8,737 bases of DNA from Promethearchaeota archaeon (GTDB taxonomy: Archaea; Asgardarchaeota; Hermodarchaeia; Hermodarchaeales; Hermodarchaeaceae), in the NCBI GenBank assembly GCA_048938295.1, contig JBHLMI010000002.1, forward strand, positions 143,053 to 151,789. Direction: 5' to 3'. The notes under the pieces are model-generated. The model saw only the letters and a program-made list of their open reading frames with translations, made no database searches and was not told where the DNA came from. Of this stretch, positions 6,402-8,737 are shown in pieces; position 1 is the first letter of the stretch; every line of letters begins with the position of its first letter. The translations under genes were made by a program, and so were the position numbers.

Positions 6402-6522
6402 GCTGTCGGATTATTCTGGCTTTATCCAGCTATACGACCTTTTTTCATTATGTTTTGAGGTATCTAGTTGAGAGGGGCGGAGCATTGTTTTTATTGCTGT
6501 ATATGCACAAGTTATACAAATC

Positions 6523-6547
6523 GTTTTAGTTCGAAAAATCCTAAAAC
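6523..6547. promoter_or_regulatory. Inverted repeat immediately upstream of the DUF47 start codon
   Basis: GTTTTAG (6523-6529), an 11-nt spacer, CTAAAAC (6541-6547), ending 9 nt before GTG 6557. Confidence 0.3.
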
Positions 6548-6556
6548 TCGCAAAAG

Positions 6557-7219
6557 GTGTTCGGGTTGTGGAGAACAAAAGAGGAGACAGCAGTAAGGGA
6601 ACTCATCAATGAACACGCTAAGATCGTTCTAGAATCGGTGACGGCACTTAGTAGATATCTTAGCGTGATTTTGAAGAAAAAGGCGAATAACCGACTCTAC
6701 GACGAGGAAAATGAATTAGTAGAACGCGTCCTGGCCCTTGAATCAGAAGCAGATCGAGCTGAGGAAGCCATTGATGAAAAACTTCAGGTTACCGCGCTTC
6801 CGGTAACAAGTAGTGAACGATATTCTCTTGTTGAAAAAATAGATAGCATTGCGGACCGAAGCGAAATTATTGTGCGGAAACTCCGCCTTATTGATGAGCC
6901 TCTGAAATTAGAAATTAAAGAGAAACTTTACCAAATGGGCAATAATTGCCTTGAAGCAACAACTGCAGTTGTTGAAAGTGTTCAATTGCTCGGGTCGAAC
7001 TTTGATTCTGCACTCATTCAAGCACAAAAAGTAAGGCCTATCAGAAATAAAAACCGAAGTATTGAGTTTGAAACATTGGGATTGCTAATGCATTATAAAA
7101 TGCGGACATCAACCTTTGTAATATTGCATGATGTAGTTAAACTCCTTGGGAGATTGGGAGATTTGACCAATGAAATTGCCCATGCAATAATTTCGCTAAT
7201 AATAAAATACCGAACGTGA
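6557..7219 (+). CDS. DUF47 family / PhoU-like helical bundle protein (putative phosphate transport regulator)
   Basis: 220 aa, all-helical, built from two repeats. Family-typical MFG.....E....ELI.EH, LESEAD..EE.I and R..LVE.IDSIAD.SE. The second repeat is diverged. Confidence 0.8.
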   Translation: MFGLWRTKEETAVRELINEHAKIVLESVTALSRYLSVILKKKANNRLYDEENELVERVLALESEADRAEEAIDEKLQVTALPVTSSERYSLVEKIDSIADRSEIIVRKLRLIDEPLKLEIKEKLYQMGNNCLEATTAVVESVQLLGSNFDSALIQAQKVRPIRNKNRSIEFETLGLLMHYKMRTSTFVILHDVVKLLGRLGDLTNEIAHAIISLIIKYRT

Positions 7220-7240
7220 AATCTGGCTTCTAGGATAAAG

Positions 7241-7280
7241 GAGAAAGGCAAATCAATAAGCCTTTACTTTGATGTTTCTC
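7241..7280. terminator. Inverted repeats in the convergent DUF47/ABC intergenic gap; possible bidirectional terminator
   Basis: AAAGGC (7244-7249), a 10-nt loop, GCCTTT (7260-7265). An alternative pairing is GAGAAA (7241-7246) with TTTCTC (7275-7280). An A5 run at 7329-7333 gives T5 on the - strand just after the ATPase stop. Confidence 0.4.
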
Positions 7281-7337
7281 AACTGGCTTTCTTGTGCTTA
7301 GAACGGACACAATAACATTGAACCAGCTAAAAAGTGA

Positions 7338-8468
7338 TTAATCCGCTTCTGCTTTGCCTTCAAGTAAACTTCTAATTCGGTCTGCGAAGGGGTCTCCCTC
7401 AGCTTTGAGAATCATAACATCTTTGTGTAAGACATACAGGTCTCTTTTATCGTTGATTTTAATTTCCACATCAGGGGCTAGTTCAGCTTTAACTGGGTGG
7501 GTGCCACCAACATCTGCATAAACCTGATAGTAGCGACCAGTGAAAACGAGACTCTCGATTGTGCTGGATAATTTGTTAAAATCCGAAGAAGGTTGGTGTA
7601 CTTGAAAGTCTTCAGGACGAATTGCGGCAAAAGCTTCATCACCTTCTGAAAGGGGTACATCTTCGCGGGTTGTTCGTCCATGCAGTTGAAGTCCCCATGT
7701 TGTCTTGATTGTAATTTTCTTTCCGTTTGCACTAGTGATAGTTCCATGGAGAAAGGTACAAGATCCAATGAAGTCCGCGACGAAGAGATTTTGTGGTTCC
7801 TCATAGATATTTTGAGGCGAATCTACTTGCCTTATATGACCAAGTTCTATAACCGCAATTCGATCTGAGATGCTAAGCGCTTCCTCTTGATCATGAGTCA
7901 CATATATTGTAGTTATCCCGAACTCCTTTTGGATTCGCTTAATTTCATGCCGCATCTCCACTCGAAGCTTTGCATCTAAATTGCTAAGTGGTTCATCAAA
8001 TAATAGAACCCGCGGTTCGATGACCAATGCCCGAGCAAGTGCAACTCGTTGTTGCTGCCCTCCACTTAATTGAAAAGGTGTACGATTTTCCATTCCACTG
8101 AGTCGAACTAAATTGAGGATATCCAAAACTTTCGTACGTATCTCTTCTTTAGGAAGTTTCCGGATTTTGAGCCCAAAAGCCACGTTATCGAAAACCTTCA
8201 TATGTGGCCAGATGGCGTAATTTTGGAAAACCATCCCCGTGTTCCGATTGTTGGGTGCCACTCGGGTCATATCGGTTTCACCAAAAAAGACCTGTCCTTC
8301 TTCAGGCGTATAGAACCCAGCAACACATCTTAGAATGGTTGTTTTTCCACAACCTGAAGGACCTAATAAAGTGAATAGTTCTCCGTCTGTGATATGAAGA
8401 TCAATATGATTACAGGCAACGACTTCTCCGAACCGTTTGGTTAGATCCTTTAAATCGATTGTTACCAT
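7338..8468 (-). CDS. ABC importer ATP-binding subunit, PotA/FbpC/AfuC/MalK-like, with C-terminal TOBE region
   Basis: Walker A GPSGCGKT, Q-loop VFQNYA, signature LSGGQQQRVALARAL, Walker B/D-loop VLLFDEPLSNLD, H-loop YVTHDQEEAL and FVADFIG, followed by an AIRPED-type regulatory/TOBE region. 376 aa. Confidence 0.95.
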   Translation of the reverse strand: MVTIDLKDLTKRFGEVVACNHIDLHITDGELFTLLGPSGCGKTTILRCVAGFYTPEEGQVFFGETDMTRVAPNNRNTGMVFQNYAIWPHMKVFDNVAFGLKIRKLPKEEIRTKVLDILNLVRLSGMENRTPFQLSGGQQQRVALARALVIEPRVLLFDEPLSNLDAKLRVEMRHEIKRIQKEFGITTIYVTHDQEEALSISDRIAVIELGHIRQVDSPQNIYEEPQNLFVADFIGSCTFLHGTITSANGKKITIKTTWGLQLHGRTTREDVPLSEGDEAFAAIRPEDFQVHQPSSDFNKLSSTIESLVFTGRYYQVYADVGGTHPVKAELAPDVEIKINDKRDLYVLHKDVMILKAEGDPFADRIRSLLEGKAEAD

Positions 8469-8474
8469 TTTTCG

Positions 8475-8482
8475 CCACTCCT
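8475..8482 (-). promoter_or_regulatory. Shine-Dalgarno site of the ABC ATPase
   Basis: AGGAGTGG on the - strand, 6 nt before the ATG at 8468. It resembles the archaeal consensus GGAGGTGA. Confidence 0.7.
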
Positions 8483-8737
8483 TTATAATCCCACCATTGA
8501 TTCTGTACGACTCTTCAATACTACATTGACGATTGTAATTATGATAATTTGAATTATCATTAACAAGAACCCTAACACGGCAGCATGATGTGAGCCTGCT
8601 GCAACTTGATATAGGATATCGGCCATTTTCCAGGTAAGAGGAGCTTGTGCGGGGTTAACTCCACCTAGAACTAGACTAACACTCACTTCTGACATACAAT
8701 AAACAAAAGACATCATCGCCCCGGATAGAACAGAGAC
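8483..8737 (-). CDS. ABC importer permease, C-terminal fragment (FbpB/AfuB/PotC-like); truncated by the window edge
   Basis: The frame is open from the edge: VSVLSGAMMSFVYCMSEVSVSLVLGG...PLTWKMADIL...AAVLGFLLMIIQIIIITIVNVVL...*. This fits the (G)A..SF...M.E.......and AA.LG.L terminal helices of binding-protein-dependent permeases. The stop lies 14 nt before the ATPase start. Confidence 0.85.
   Translation of the reverse strand, partial: VSVLSGAMMSFVYCMSEVSVSLVLGGVNPAQAPLTWKMADILYQVAAGSHHAAVLGFLLMIIQIIIITIVNVVLKSRTESMVGL

Noticed and set aside
6529-6541. GTTCGA (also the similar GATTCGAG near 4730) as a tRNA T-loop
   Set aside because: No cloverleaf stems or acceptor arm can be built around either site.
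7336-7343. Palindrome GATTAATC over the ABC ATPase stop codon
   Set aside because: With 4-bp arms and no loop it is expected by chance, so it was not counted among the stop-codon hairpins.
7478-7868. Plus-strand ORFs 7478-7804 and 7680-7868
   Set aside because: They are antisense to the ABC ATPase and have no recognisable features.
1-8737. CRISPR array, IS element, integrase or rRNA
   Set aside because: I saw no regularly spaced direct repeats, terminal inverted repeats with target duplications, transposase motifs or rRNA-like sequence. Coding regions account for nearly the whole window.

Overview
An archaeal chromosomal window, probably from an Asgard lineage. The archaeal call rests on egsA and on GGAG/GGTG-type ribosome-binding sites; the Asgard call is an inference from the Sec23/24-like gene. 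The + strand carries, in order: a COG3199-type ATP-NAD/AcoX-family kinase, a DUF1844-like helical protein, glycerol-1-phosphate dehydrogenase (egsA), a class C beta-lactamase-like serine hydrolase, a zinc finger + VWA + beta-sandwich protein with Sec23/Sec24-like architecture, and a DUF47/PhoU-like protein. The - strand carries, convergently, an ABC importer ATPase and the 3' end of its permease. The most notable item is the Sec23/24-like protein: it keeps a complete MIDAS motif and lacks the C-terminal gelsolin-like domain. Also notable is a recurring 6-7 bp stem with a 10-12 nt loop overlapping the stop codons of four + strand genes. I found no rRNA, tRNA, CRISPR array or mobile element. All family calls come from motif recognition by eye, not from database searches.
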